In this document: piece by piece, positions 8,951 through 17,573 of the stretch | How positions within the stretch are numbered: position 1 is the stretch's first letter | Layout: every line of letters starts with the position of its first letter | Assembly (NCBI GenBank): GCA_964500765.1 | Contig: CAZCPV010000001.1 | Coordinates: 1-38,604 of the forward strand | Length of the DNA: 38,604 bases | From: an uncultured Draconibacterium sp. | GTDB taxonomy: Bacteria > Bacteroidota > Bacteroidia > Bacteroidales > JAADGE01 | Direction: 5' to 3' | Position numbers and translations under genes: made by a program | Notes under the pieces: generated by a model | What the model was told of the DNA's origin: nothing | The model's input: the letters and a program-made list of their open reading frames with translations, nothing else | The model's database searches: none

Positions 8951-9057
8951 TCAGAGTTTGTCCGTAAAGTCAAATATTATTGATACGGTAACCTCTTGAC
9001 ACTAAACAAAATAATTAATGCTCTGTTTAATTTGAGCAGACCCATAAAAGGAAATAA

Positions 9058-10260
9058 ATGAAAGTATTAGTATTAAATTGCGGCAGTTCATCCATAAAAT
9101 TTGAACTTTTCAGCATGAGTGAAGAAAAAGTCCTTTCAAAAGGAACGGTTGAAAAAGTAGGGATGAAAGGTTCTTTTTTAACTTTAACCAAAGAAGACGG
9201 AAGTAAAGTAAAGTTTACGGGCGATGTGCTCGATCATAAAATCGGTGTAGAATATATTCTCGGTGTGTTAAGCAGCGAAAAACACGGAACTTTAAAATCA
9301 TTGGACGAAATACAAGCCGTAGGACACCGAGTTGTTCACGGAGGAGAAGATTTCAGCGGCAGCGTTTTTATTAATGACGAAGTTATAAAAGTGCTGGAAA
9401 AAAATGTTGAATTAGCTCCGCTTCATAATCCGGCAAATCTTAAAGGCATTTATGCTTTACGGGAATTATTACCGACAGTGCCGCAAGTAGCTGTTTTCGA
9501 TACGGCATTTCACCAAACGATGAAACCCTATGTGTATATGTACGGAATACCTTATTCTTTATACAAAAAATATAAAATAAGGCGATACGGATTTCACGGA
9601 ACTTCGCATCGATACGTTTCTGCCAGAGCACTTGAAATATTAAATAAAAAACCGGAAGGATTAAAAATAATTTCCTGCCATCTCGGAAACGGAGCTTCAA
9701 TTGCAGCCATAAAAGACGGCAAATCCTATGACACCTCAATGGGATTTACTCCCGTAGAAGGTCTTATAATGGGAACACGTTCGGGCGATTTGGATATCGG
9801 TGCCCTAACTTATATTATGCGAAAAGAAGAAATCGGTCTTGAAACATCATCAATTTTGGTTAATAAGTTCAGCGGTATGTTAGGTATAACGGGTGTATCT
9901 TCCGATATGCGTGAAATCGGAGAAAAAGCCGATGAAGGAAACGAACGTGCAAAATTGGGTTTGGAAATGTATGCCTATCGGGTAAAAAAATATATCGGTA
10001 GCTATGCGGCGGCACTCGGCGGGGTTGATATTCTTATTTTTACCGGAGGAATAGGAGAAAATGCCGTAGAATTAAGAAAAAATATTTGTGAAGGGTTGGA
10101 TTTTGCGGGAATTAGTTTAGATGAAGAAAAAAACAAAACAAGAGCAAAAGAAGCGGTTATTTCTTCCGAGAAATCAAAAACAATTATTGCGATAATACCC
10201 ACAAACGAAGAACTTGTAATAGCTCAAGATACTTATGAAATAGTAAAAAACTTAAATTAA
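9058..10260 (+). CDS. ackA: acetate kinase
   Basis: 400 aa. Motifs seen: MKVLVLNCGSSSIKFELF, GHRVVHGG, LAPLHNPANL, FDTAFHQTM, RYGFHGTSHRYV, CHLGNGASI, FTGGIGEN. Confidence 0.95.
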   Translation: MKVLVLNCGSSSIKFELFSMSEEKVLSKGTVEKVGMKGSFLTLTKEDGSKVKFTGDVLDHKIGVEYILGVLSSEKHGTLKSLDEIQAVGHRVVHGGEDFSGSVFINDEVIKVLEKNVELAPLHNPANLKGIYALRELLPTVPQVAVFDTAFHQTMKPYVYMYGIPYSLYKKYKIRRYGFHGTSHRYVSARALEILNKKPEGLKIISCHLGNGASIAAIKDGKSYDTSMGFTPVEGLIMGTRSGDLDIGALTYIMRKEEIGLETSSILVNKFSGMLGITGVSSDMREIGEKADEGNERAKLGLEMYAYRVKKYIGSYAAALGGVDILIFTGGIGENAVELRKNICEGLDFAGISLDEEKNKTRAKEAVISSEKSKTIIAIIPTNEELVIAQDTYEIVKNLN

Positions 10261-10265
10261 ATCGA

Positions 10266-11015
10266 TTGCACAGATATTTTGTCAGATTAAGCTATAAAGG
10301 AACCGCATATCACGGTTGGCAAATACAACCGAATGCAATAACGGTGCAGGAAACTCTGCAAAAAGCTTTTTCATTATTATTAAAAGAAGATATTGCCGTA
10401 ATCGGTGCCGGAAGAACCGATACAGGTGTACATGCAATAAACTATTTTGCTCATTTTGAGCTAATTAACGGTATTGATGATTTAAAACAACTTGTTTTTA
10501 AACTGAACCGTTTTTTAAAAAATGATATTGCCGTGCATGCTGTTTTTCCCGTTAAGGAAGATATACATGCACGCTTTTCGGCAATTTCACGTACCTACGA
10601 ATACCGAATTCATCGAAAAAAAAATCCGTTTCTTACCGACACTTCTTTATATATGTATGAAAATCTTGATTTTGAAGCCGTGAATTCGGCAGCAAAAATT
10701 TTATTCGATTATAAAGATTTTACGAGTTTTTCAAAACTTCATACCGATACAAAAACAAATTTTTGCAAAATAATAAGAGCAGAATGGATACAAAGAGGGG
10801 AACAGTATATTTTTATCATTGAAGCAGACCGGTTTTTGCGAAATATGGTCAGAGCAATTACGGGAACTTTGCTTGATGTCGGCAGAAAGAAAATTTCCGA
10901 AAACGATTTTCGTAAAATTATTGAAAGCAAAAATCGTTCGGCAGCCGGCGTTTCGGTTCCGGCTCACGGTTTATTTTTAACCGAAATAAAATATCCCGAA
11001 AATATAAGATTATGA
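10266..11015 (+). CDS. truA: tRNA pseudouridine(38-40) synthase
   Basis: 249 aa with a TTG start 5 nt after the ackA stop. N-terminus (M)HRYFVRLSYKGTAYHGWQIQPN, catalytic AGRTDTGVHA, then DRFLRNMVRAITGTLL. Confidence 0.9.
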   Translation: MHRYFVRLSYKGTAYHGWQIQPNAITVQETLQKAFSLLLKEDIAVIGAGRTDTGVHAINYFAHFELINGIDDLKQLVFKLNRFLKNDIAVHAVFPVKEDIHARFSAISRTYEYRIHRKKNPFLTDTSLYMYENLDFEAVNSAAKILFDYKDFTSFSKLHTDTKTNFCKIIRAEWIQRGEQYIFIIEADRFLRNMVRAITGTLLDVGRKKISENDFRKIIESKNRSAAGVSVPAHGLFLTEIKYPENIRL

Positions 11016-11017
11016 GC

Positions 11018-11701
11018 TTATTGTTCGAGAATACGAACTTCGGTTCGGCGGTTTAACGCTTTCCCTTTTTCTGTCGAATTTGTTGCAACGGGTTGTGTTT
11101 CTCCGTAACCGACCGCAGTGAGTCTGCTTTTGGGAACACCTTTTTTAATAAGATAATTTCTGACAGTCTCGGCACGCTTTTGAGATAATATTTTGTTTGC
11201 CTTTTCATCTCCGTCGCTGTCGGTATGTCCGGCAAGTTCAATTTTTAATGTCTTTTTCAGAAGCATAAATTCTGCCAATTCGTTGAGTGATTTGTAAGAT
11301 GCAGGTTTTAAACTTGCTTTATTTGTGTCAAAATGAACGTCTTTTAACGTATATGTTTTGGGAAGTTCGTAGGAAATTCCTATATCAAATTCCATATCAT
11401 AATCTGCATCGGCAATATTTACCGCCGTATAATTCATATCTTGGTCAAAAGATTTTATTTTAATTTGATATTCGGAGCCGTTCGGCAGGGTAATTTTAAA
11501 TTTTCCGTCTTCACCGGAAATTCCGGAATAAATTTTCCCCGTTTTTTTACTTACGAAGAATATTTTATCTCCCGGACTGACATTCTTTTTAAAATCGCTT
11601 ACGGTAACATTCAAAACCGACCGGTGTATCGTATCTTGGGTATAGCCGGTTAATGCAGTAAACAGGAAAAAAATTATCGAAAAAAATTTTATTAATTTCA
11701 T
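11018..11701 (-). CDS. OmpA-family outer-membrane/periplasmic protein
   Basis: The ATG at 11701 gives the signal peptide MKLIKFFSIIFFLFTALTGYTQ. The C-terminal OmpA-like peptidoglycan-binding domain has IELAGHTDSDGDEKANKILSQKRAETVRNYL and NRRTEVRI. Confidence 0.85.
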   Translation of the reverse strand: MKLIKFFSIIFFLFTALTGYTQDTIHRSVLNVTVSDFKKNVSPGDKIFFVSKKTGKIYSGISGEDGKFKITLPNGSEYQIKIKSFDQDMNYTAVNIADADYDMEFDIGISYELPKTYTLKDVHFDTNKASLKPASYKSLNELAEFMLLKKTLKIELAGHTDSDGDEKANKILSQKRAETVRNYLIKKGVPKSRLTAVGYGETQPVATNSTEKGKALNRRTEVRILEQ

Positions 11702-11757
11702 TTTATAAGATATATTTTTTTGATTTATGTTAAAAGTGTTCAATAATTACACGTATT

Positions 11758-12630
11758 TTACTTTTTATTTTTTCTTTTAAATGTCCATTGCCAATAAAAA
11801 TACGGAAATATCGGAAGAATGGATTCTATAGATTCGTTAATGTCCGGTAAGTGTATATAGTATCCTATACATTCTGCACGAAAAGTTCTTAAAATTCCCC
11901 GTTTATTTTTATAAAAAGGAGCAATTCTAAAGCCATAGGAAACTTGCTGTTTTCTCGGTATATTATCTAAATACACAAATGTTGTTCCGTAGGTACCTGT
12001 TGCGTGTAAACTTATCCAAGGTTTCATTCTGTAATCTATGCTTAAGTTAAAATCAGGAGTAAACGACTGCGGATAAAACTTTTCAATTAAATCCAATGAG
12101 TCATTATTGCTGAAATACAAATTTTCAACATAAGTTGCTCCTATTGACACATGGGTGTATAATTTCGGATTAATTTTCCAACTGAAATTCAAATGGTTAT
12201 ACCAACTGTTTCCTTTTCTTGTTACGATTGCATTTTGTTGATCAGATTGAATAACTTTATTCCATAAGTGTTGATACATTGTTTCAAAAGCTATTGACGG
12301 TATCAGTTTATTTTGATTAAATAGTTTAAATCTGAAATTTAAACTCGGAACAGGAAAGTGAGGGTCTTGAAGAAGGCCGCCTATTAACGGGAGAAGATCT
12401 ATTTCGGCAGTAATATTATCTGTTATACCCCACCAAGCCCAGCTTGGCAGAGGCAGTGTGAACGGGGATTGATTGTAAACAAATTCACCTTTTTTTAATG
12501 TATAGGCAGTAAATCCGTCGGCAGGATGTAAAAATATTTCGGTTTGAAGTCCTTTTAATGAATCTGATTGCCCAAAAGCAAATGCAGGGAAAACAAATAA
12601 AATGAATATATGTACTATTCTGATTTTCAT
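11758..12630 (-). CDS. secreted protein of unknown function, probably an outer-membrane beta-barrel
   Basis: The ATG at 12630 gives MKIRIVHIFILFVFPAFAFGQ (signal peptide); the ORF-track start at 12645 is TTG. The body is aromatic-rich with an alternating pattern. It lies 56 nt upstream of the OmpA-family gene on the same strand. I recognise no family. Confidence 0.65.
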   Translation of the reverse strand: MKIRIVHIFILFVFPAFAFGQSDSLKGLQTEIFLHPADGFTAYTLKKGEFVYNQSPFTLPLPSWAWWGITDNITAEIDLLPLIGGLLQDPHFPVPSLNFRFKLFNQNKLIPSIAFETMYQHLWNKVIQSDQQNAIVTRKGNSWYNHLNFSWKINPKLYTHVSIGATYVENLYFSNNDSLDLIEKFYPQSFTPDFNLSIDYRMKPWISLHATGTYGTTFVYLDNIPRKQQVSYGFRIAPFYKNKRGILRTFRAECIGYYIHLPDINESIESILPIFPYFYWQWTFKRKNKK

Positions 12631-12642
12631 AATTGAATACAA

Positions 12643-12650
12643 CAAATATA
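12643..12650 (-). promoter_or_regulatory. -7 promoter motif (TATATTTG on minus strand) for the 11758..12630 gene
   Basis: Exact TAnnTTTG match only 12 nt upstream of the ATG at 12630. This would give a very short leader, hence the lower confidence. Confidence 0.35.
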
Positions 12651-12730
12651 TACAAAAAAACAGTTAATCAAATCGCTTACGGAGTTTTTTCGCTTTATTA
12701 TTACACATGCAAGAAATTAAATATTTTTTT

Positions 12731-12738
12731 TACTTTTG
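12731..12738 (+). promoter_or_regulatory. -7 promoter motif (TACTTTTG) for the DUF368-aroE pair
   Basis: Exact TAnnTTTG match 126 nt upstream of the ATG at 12865, implying a long leader. Confidence 0.4.
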
Positions 12739-12864
12739 TTGCTCGCAGAAAAAGAGTATAAGGATATGAAACAAGCATGATTAAAATAATTATTAAACAC
12801 AGATGGAAATGATTATTTTAATTATGCGGTTCCATGAGATTTTAAAAAACAAAAAAATAAACTC

Positions 12865-13785
12865 ATGAAAGATATTTTATCTTGGTTTATAAAGGGGTTC
12901 GGTATCGGAGCAGCAAATGTTATTCCCGGTGTTTCCGGCGGAACAATTGCCCTGATTACCGGTATTTTCGAACGTTTGATTGATGCTTTAAAATCGTTTG
13001 ATTTAAAGGCACTTAAATTAATTCTGAAATTAAAATTTAAAGAATTTGCCGAATATACCGATTTGGTATTTCTTATTTCGGTATTCGGCGGTGCGGTTGT
13101 CAGTATTTTTACCTTTGCAAAATTATTGGCATATCTTTTTGAGTACTATCCGGTTTTTGTTTGGGCATTCTTTTTCGGTTTAATATTGGCATCGGTTTAT
13201 TTTGTCGGAAAAACCGTTGAAAAAATTAACTTTCCCGTTATTGCGGCATTTGTTGTCGGTACCCTTATTGCAGTTTGGATATCGTTGCAAAATCCGGCAG
13301 CCGAAAACGATAATTTCTTCTACCTTGTATTATGCGGTATTATTGCGATAATCAGTATGATACTTCCCGGACTTTCCGGCTCTTTTATTCTTGTGCTTAT
13401 GGGTAATTATCAGCTTATTATGATTAACTCCGTTAATTCACTTGATTTTCACGTTTTATTACCGGTTGCCTTGGGTGTTGTCATCGGTTTACCTGCTTTT
13501 TCAAATGTTTTATCCTGGATTTATAAAAAATTTAAAGACCAAACAACGGCATCTCTAACCGGTTTCATTCTCGGTTCTTTATTTATTCTCTGGCCTTGGA
13601 AACAAGCACAATATCTTGTCGGAAACGACGGTTTAAAAGTGCTGAAAGCAAACGGTGAACCCGTTATCAGCAGTTATGTTCGTTTTATTCCCGAACATTT
13701 TAATTCGGAAGTTATTTTAGCGGTTGCGTTTCTTATTCTCGGTGTTTTATCCGTATGGTCGGTTGAACATTCGGTAAAAAAATAA
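12865..13785 (+). CDS. DUF368-family membrane protein (PopT-type candidate polyprenyl-phosphate translocase)
   Basis: 306 aa and polytopic. The duplicated signature is present: NVIPGVSGGTIALITGIFERLI and ILPGLSGSFILVLMGNY. Confidence 0.85.
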   Translation: MKDILSWFIKGFGIGAANVIPGVSGGTIALITGIFERLIDALKSFDLKALKLILKLKFKEFAEYTDLVFLISVFGGAVVSIFTFAKLLAYLFEYYPVFVWAFFFGLILASVYFVGKTVEKINFPVIAAFVVGTLIAVWISLQNPAAENDNFFYLVLCGIIAIISMILPGLSGSFILVLMGNYQLIMINSVNSLDFHVLLPVALGVVIGLPAFSNVLSWIYKKFKDQTTASLTGFILGSLFILWPWKQAQYLVGNDGLKVLKANGEPVISSYVRFIPEHFNSEVILAVAFLILGVLSVWSVEHSVKK

Positions 13786-13790
13786 AATTT

Positions 13791-14543
13791 ATGCGTGTTT
13801 TCGGCTTAATAGGTTACCCTTTATCTCATTCTTTTTCAAGAAAATATTTTTTAGAAAAGTTTAAAATTGAAAATATTACGGATGCAGAATACAGAAATTT
13901 TTCGATTTCTGCTATTAAAAAATTTCCGAAAATACTGAAAGAACAAGAAAATTTTGCCGGATTTAACGTAACGGCACCTTATAAAGAAGCAATTATTCCG
14001 TATTTGCACAAGCTTGACAAATCGGCTTCGCAAATTAATGCCGTAAATGTCATTAAAATTATTAACCAAAACGGTGTTCGAAAATTAATCGGTTACAATA
14101 CTGATATTTACGGATTTTCCCGTGATTTACAGAAACAAATAAATTCGGATGTTAAAACCGCACTGATACTCGGAACGGGCGGAGCGGCAAGAGCCGTTTT
14201 TTTTGCGTTAAAAAAAATGAATATAAAAGCAAAATTTGTTTCCCGTAAAGAAAATGCAAAGGATAATTTCCTCATTTATAAAGATTTAAACCAAAGTATA
14301 ATTTCCGAAAATCAATTAATCGTAAACGCTACGCCGCTTGGTATTTTTCCCGATATTGATAAAAAACCGGATATTCCTTATCGGTTCCTTACCGAAAATC
14401 ATTTTTTGTTCGACTTAATTTATAACCCGCCGCTTACACAATTTCTTTCGGAAGGAAAAAAATACGGGGCAAGCATACAAAACGGATTGGATATGTTACA
14501 CATTCAGGCGGAAAAGGCATGGGAAATTTTTAATCGTTCTTAA
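13791..14543 (+). CDS. aroE: shikimate dehydrogenase
   Basis: 250 aa. Motifs seen: FGLIGYPLSHSFS, NVTAPYKE, NAVNVI, GYNTDIYGF, ILGTGGAARAV. It starts 5 nt after the DUF368 stop. Confidence 0.88.
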   Translation: MRVFGLIGYPLSHSFSRKYFLEKFKIENITDAEYRNFSISAIKKFPKILKEQENFAGFNVTAPYKEAIIPYLHKLDKSASQINAVNVIKIINQNGVRKLIGYNTDIYGFSRDLQKQINSDVKTALILGTGGAARAVFFALKKMNIKAKFVSRKENAKDNFLIYKDLNQSIISENQLIVNATPLGIFPDIDKKPDIPYRFLTENHFLFDLIYNPPLTQFLSEGKKYGASIQNGLDMLHIQAEKAWEIFNRS

Positions 14544-14598
14544 TCGGTTTTGTAAAATTTACTTTTAACTTTACGTTTTTATATTTTTCCGATAAAAA

Positions 14599-17475
14599 AT
14601 GAAACCGTTTTTATACGAAACCGCCGATGATATCATCAAGAATATTCGCAACAGTTTACCCGATTGTTGTTTGATTTTTCCGAACAAACGAACAAAATAT
14701 TATTTCAGAAAATATTATGCACAAATTATCGGCAAAACTTCCCGCCCGCCGAAAATGACCGAAATAGGAACGCTTATTCGCGAACTGACCGATTTTGAAG
14801 ATGCCGAAAAATTAAGTTTGATTTTTGAGTTATTTAAAGTGTTCAAAAAATTTAATACAAGCTATACTTTTGATAATTTTTATCGTCTCGGCGAAATAAT
14901 TCTTTCCGATTTTAATGAAATTGATGCATGGCTGGTTGACCCGAAACAAATATACAAGAACATTAAAAACCTGAAAGAGATTGATTCGCATTTTGATTGG
15001 CTTACTCCCGAACAAAAAGAATTATTATCGAATTTCTGGAAAAACTTTCTGACGGAAAAAAGCAGTAAGGAAAAAGAAATGTTTCTCGGATTGTGGAATT
15101 TGCTGCCGGAAGTTTATACTGCTTTTACAAATCGACTGAAAGAAAATAAAATTGCATATAATGGATTAATATACAGGGTTTTATCTGAAATAATCGAAAA
15201 TGATTCCGTTGAAATAAACGACTGTAAAAAAATAATTTTTATCGGATTTAATGCCCTTAATAAAGCTGAATTGAAGTTTTTTGACTATTTTAAGAAACAA
15301 GGAACAGCACAATTTTATTGGGATATTGATGCCTATTATTATAATGATGAAAAACAGGAAGCCGGCGATTTTTTAAGAAAAAATTTTAAAGATTTACAGA
15401 CAGAACCCGAAAAAATACCTGAAAATTTAAAAGAAAAAAAGCATATAGATATAATCGGAACATCTTTAAATCTGAATCAAGCAAAATTATTGCGGTCTGT
15501 ATTAAAAAAATACGAGAACCCTAACGAAACGGCAATTGTTACGGCAGACGAATCAATGCTTTTTCCTATTTTAAGTGCATTGCCCGAATCTGTTGATTCC
15601 GTTAATGTTACGATGGGCTATTCGTTTAAATTGACTCCTTTATACAACTTTATTTTTCAGTTTTTTAAAATGCACCTGTTTGCCGAAAAGCATAAAAGCA
15701 AAAAGTTGTATTATAAAAATGTCCTTCATCTGTTAAAACATGCCTATGTAAAAGAATATAATTCGGATTTGTCGGAAAAAATTCGTAATTTTATTGAAGA
15801 GCAACGGTTGATATACATAAATCCCGAACAACTTCCCGAAATTGAAAACAAATTACCGAAATTGCTGTTTTTACCGAATAATTCCGATGATAAAACACAA
15901 ACATTGTTGACCGATTTATTGAATATTTTATCTTTGTTTTTTGATAAAAATAAACTTGAAAGCAGTACGGAAACAAACAGTTTAAAGAACGAATATATTT
16001 TTAGGGCATATAAAAAAATCAAACGATTTAGAGAAATATTACTTGAAAATAACGAAAAAATAAGTTTAAAATTAGCTTCCGAAATACTGTTACAAATATT
16101 GAAAACCGATACAATTCCTTTTGAAGGCGAATCAACCGAAGGTTTGCAAATTATGGGTTTGATGGAATCGCGTAATTTGGATTTTAAAAATATTGTTATT
16201 CTCGGAATGAACGAAGGAAATTTGCCGAAAATATCCGGTTCGCCGACCTTTATTTCTCAAAGTTTGCGTTTTGCTTTCGGTTTGCCCGTAATAAAACATC
16301 AAGATGCCGTTTATGCTTATTTTTTCTATCGCTTATTGCAACGCTCCGAAAATATTACACTGATATACAATGATTTAGTAAGTGATTCAAACTCCGGAGA
16401 AATGAGCCGTTTTATTTTGCAATTATTGTATGAAAGTAATTTTACGATTTCACACAGTCATTACAACGACGAAATATTTATTCGGAACAAGCAACAAATT
16501 GAGATAAAAAAAGATGACAATGTTCTTGAACAACTGGACAAATACATTATTAAATCCGGAAATGAACAGAAAAATAAAGAATTTTCTGCTTCTTCTTTAA
16601 ATACTTATTTAACATGCAGTTTAAAATTTTATTTCAAATATATTGCAGAAATAAAAGAACCAAAAAAGCCGGAAGATGATTTTACTCCGGCTGAATTCGG
16701 TTCGATTTTGCATACTGCCTTAGAGTTAATATACAATGATATAAGTGCTGAAAATAACGGCAATTTAATTTCGAAAGAAGACATACAATCCGTATTTAAA
16801 AAAATCGATGATTATGTATCGGCTGCTTTTACAGAGAATTTTAAAAATAATAAAAACTTCGTTCAGGAAGGTATTATGCTTATTATAAAAGAGGTGTTGA
16901 TAAATTATACAAAGTCGATTTTAAAATATGATGAAAAATATGCACCTTTTAAAATTATTTCTTTGGAAAAAGAGATGCTCTATAATACTTTACTAAATGT
17001 AAAGATTAATAGTAAAAGCGAACAGGTAAAACTATTCGGAATAATTGACAGAATTGACGAAAAAAACGGCATATATCGCATTATTGATTATAAAACAGGC
17101 ACTATACCGAAAGGTCTTCTTTCTGTTCAAAATCTTTTTGACAGTGAATATAAAAACAGGAATTCACATGCTTTTCAGGCATTATATTACACCTTGATTA
17201 TAAGTGATATGCAGGAATTTGTGTCAAAAAAAATAAAACCTTCCTTATATTATGTTCGTTCAATAAATCAACCGGATTTTTCGGATCAATTAATAATAAA
17301 CGAATCAAGGAATAAGATAAATATAGATGAAAATATTACACAACTGATTTTACCGGATTTTAAAGAGAATTTAATTCAATTAATTGAAGAAATTTTTGAT
17401 AAAAATGAACCGTTTAAAATGACAAAAAATCAAAAAAATTGCGAATATTGCGAGTTTAATAAATTGTGTTATTAA
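14599..17475 (+). CDS. AddB/RecB-like PD-(D/E)XK nuclease with iron-staple cysteines and a degenerate helicase-like N-terminal region
   Basis: 958 aa. The C-terminal nuclease has GIIDRIDEKNGIYRIIDYKTG and AFQALYY. Four Cys are arranged as in the AddB Fe-S staple: one in LNTYLTCSLKFYF, plus CEYCEFNKLC (C-x2-C-x5-C) at the extreme C-terminus. I saw no canonical Walker A by eye. Confidence 0.85.
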   Translation: MKPFLYETADDIIKNIRNSLPDCCLIFPNKRTKYYFRKYYAQIIGKTSRPPKMTEIGTLIRELTDFEDAEKLSLIFELFKVFKKFNTSYTFDNFYRLGEIILSDFNEIDAWLVDPKQIYKNIKNLKEIDSHFDWLTPEQKELLSNFWKNFLTEKSSKEKEMFLGLWNLLPEVYTAFTNRLKENKIAYNGLIYRVLSEIIENDSVEINDCKKIIFIGFNALNKAELKFFDYFKKQGTAQFYWDIDAYYYNDEKQEAGDFLRKNFKDLQTEPEKIPENLKEKKHIDIIGTSLNLNQAKLLRSVLKKYENPNETAIVTADESMLFPILSALPESVDSVNVTMGYSFKLTPLYNFIFQFFKMHLFAEKHKSKKLYYKNVLHLLKHAYVKEYNSDLSEKIRNFIEEQRLIYINPEQLPEIENKLPKLLFLPNNSDDKTQTLLTDLLNILSLFFDKNKLESSTETNSLKNEYIFRAYKKIKRFREILLENNEKISLKLASEILLQILKTDTIPFEGESTEGLQIMGLMESRNLDFKNIVILGMNEGNLPKISGSPTFISQSLRFAFGLPVIKHQDAVYAYFFYRLLQRSENITLIYNDLVSDSNSGEMSRFILQLLYESNFTISHSHYNDEIFIRNKQQIEIKKDDNVLEQLDKYIIKSGNEQKNKEFSASSLNTYLTCSLKFYFKYIAEIKEPKKPEDDFTPAEFGSILHTALELIYNDISAENNGNLISKEDIQSVFKKIDDYVSAAFTENFKNNKNFVQEGIMLIIKEVLINYTKSILKYDEKYAPFKIISLEKEMLYNTLLNVKINSKSEQVKLFGIIDRIDEKNGIYRIIDYKTGTIPKGLLSVQNLFDSEYKNRNSHAFQALYYTLIISDMQEFVSKKIKPSLYYVRSINQPDFSDQLIINESRNKINIDENITQLILPDFKENLIQLIEEIFDKNEPFKMTKNQKNCEYCEFNKLCY

Positions 17476-17486
17476 AAATAGTTTCT

Positions 17487-17514
17487 AAAACATACATATT
17501 TTTAGATGTTTTTT
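17487..17514 (+). terminator. weak candidate terminator after the AddB-like gene
   Basis: AT-rich 7-bp stem AAAACAT (17487..17493) / ATGTTTT (17506..17512) with a 12-nt loop and a short T-run. Its stability is low. Confidence 0.3.
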
Positions 17515-17526
17515 AAACTATATTTT

Positions 17527-17534
17527 TACATTTG
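17527..17534 (+). promoter_or_regulatory. -7 promoter motif (TACATTTG) for korAB
   Basis: Exact TAnnTTTG match 39 nt upstream of the ATG at 17574. Confidence 0.5.
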
Positions 17535-17573
17535 TCCGCTATAAAAATAAATTTCAAATCAATATAAATTATC

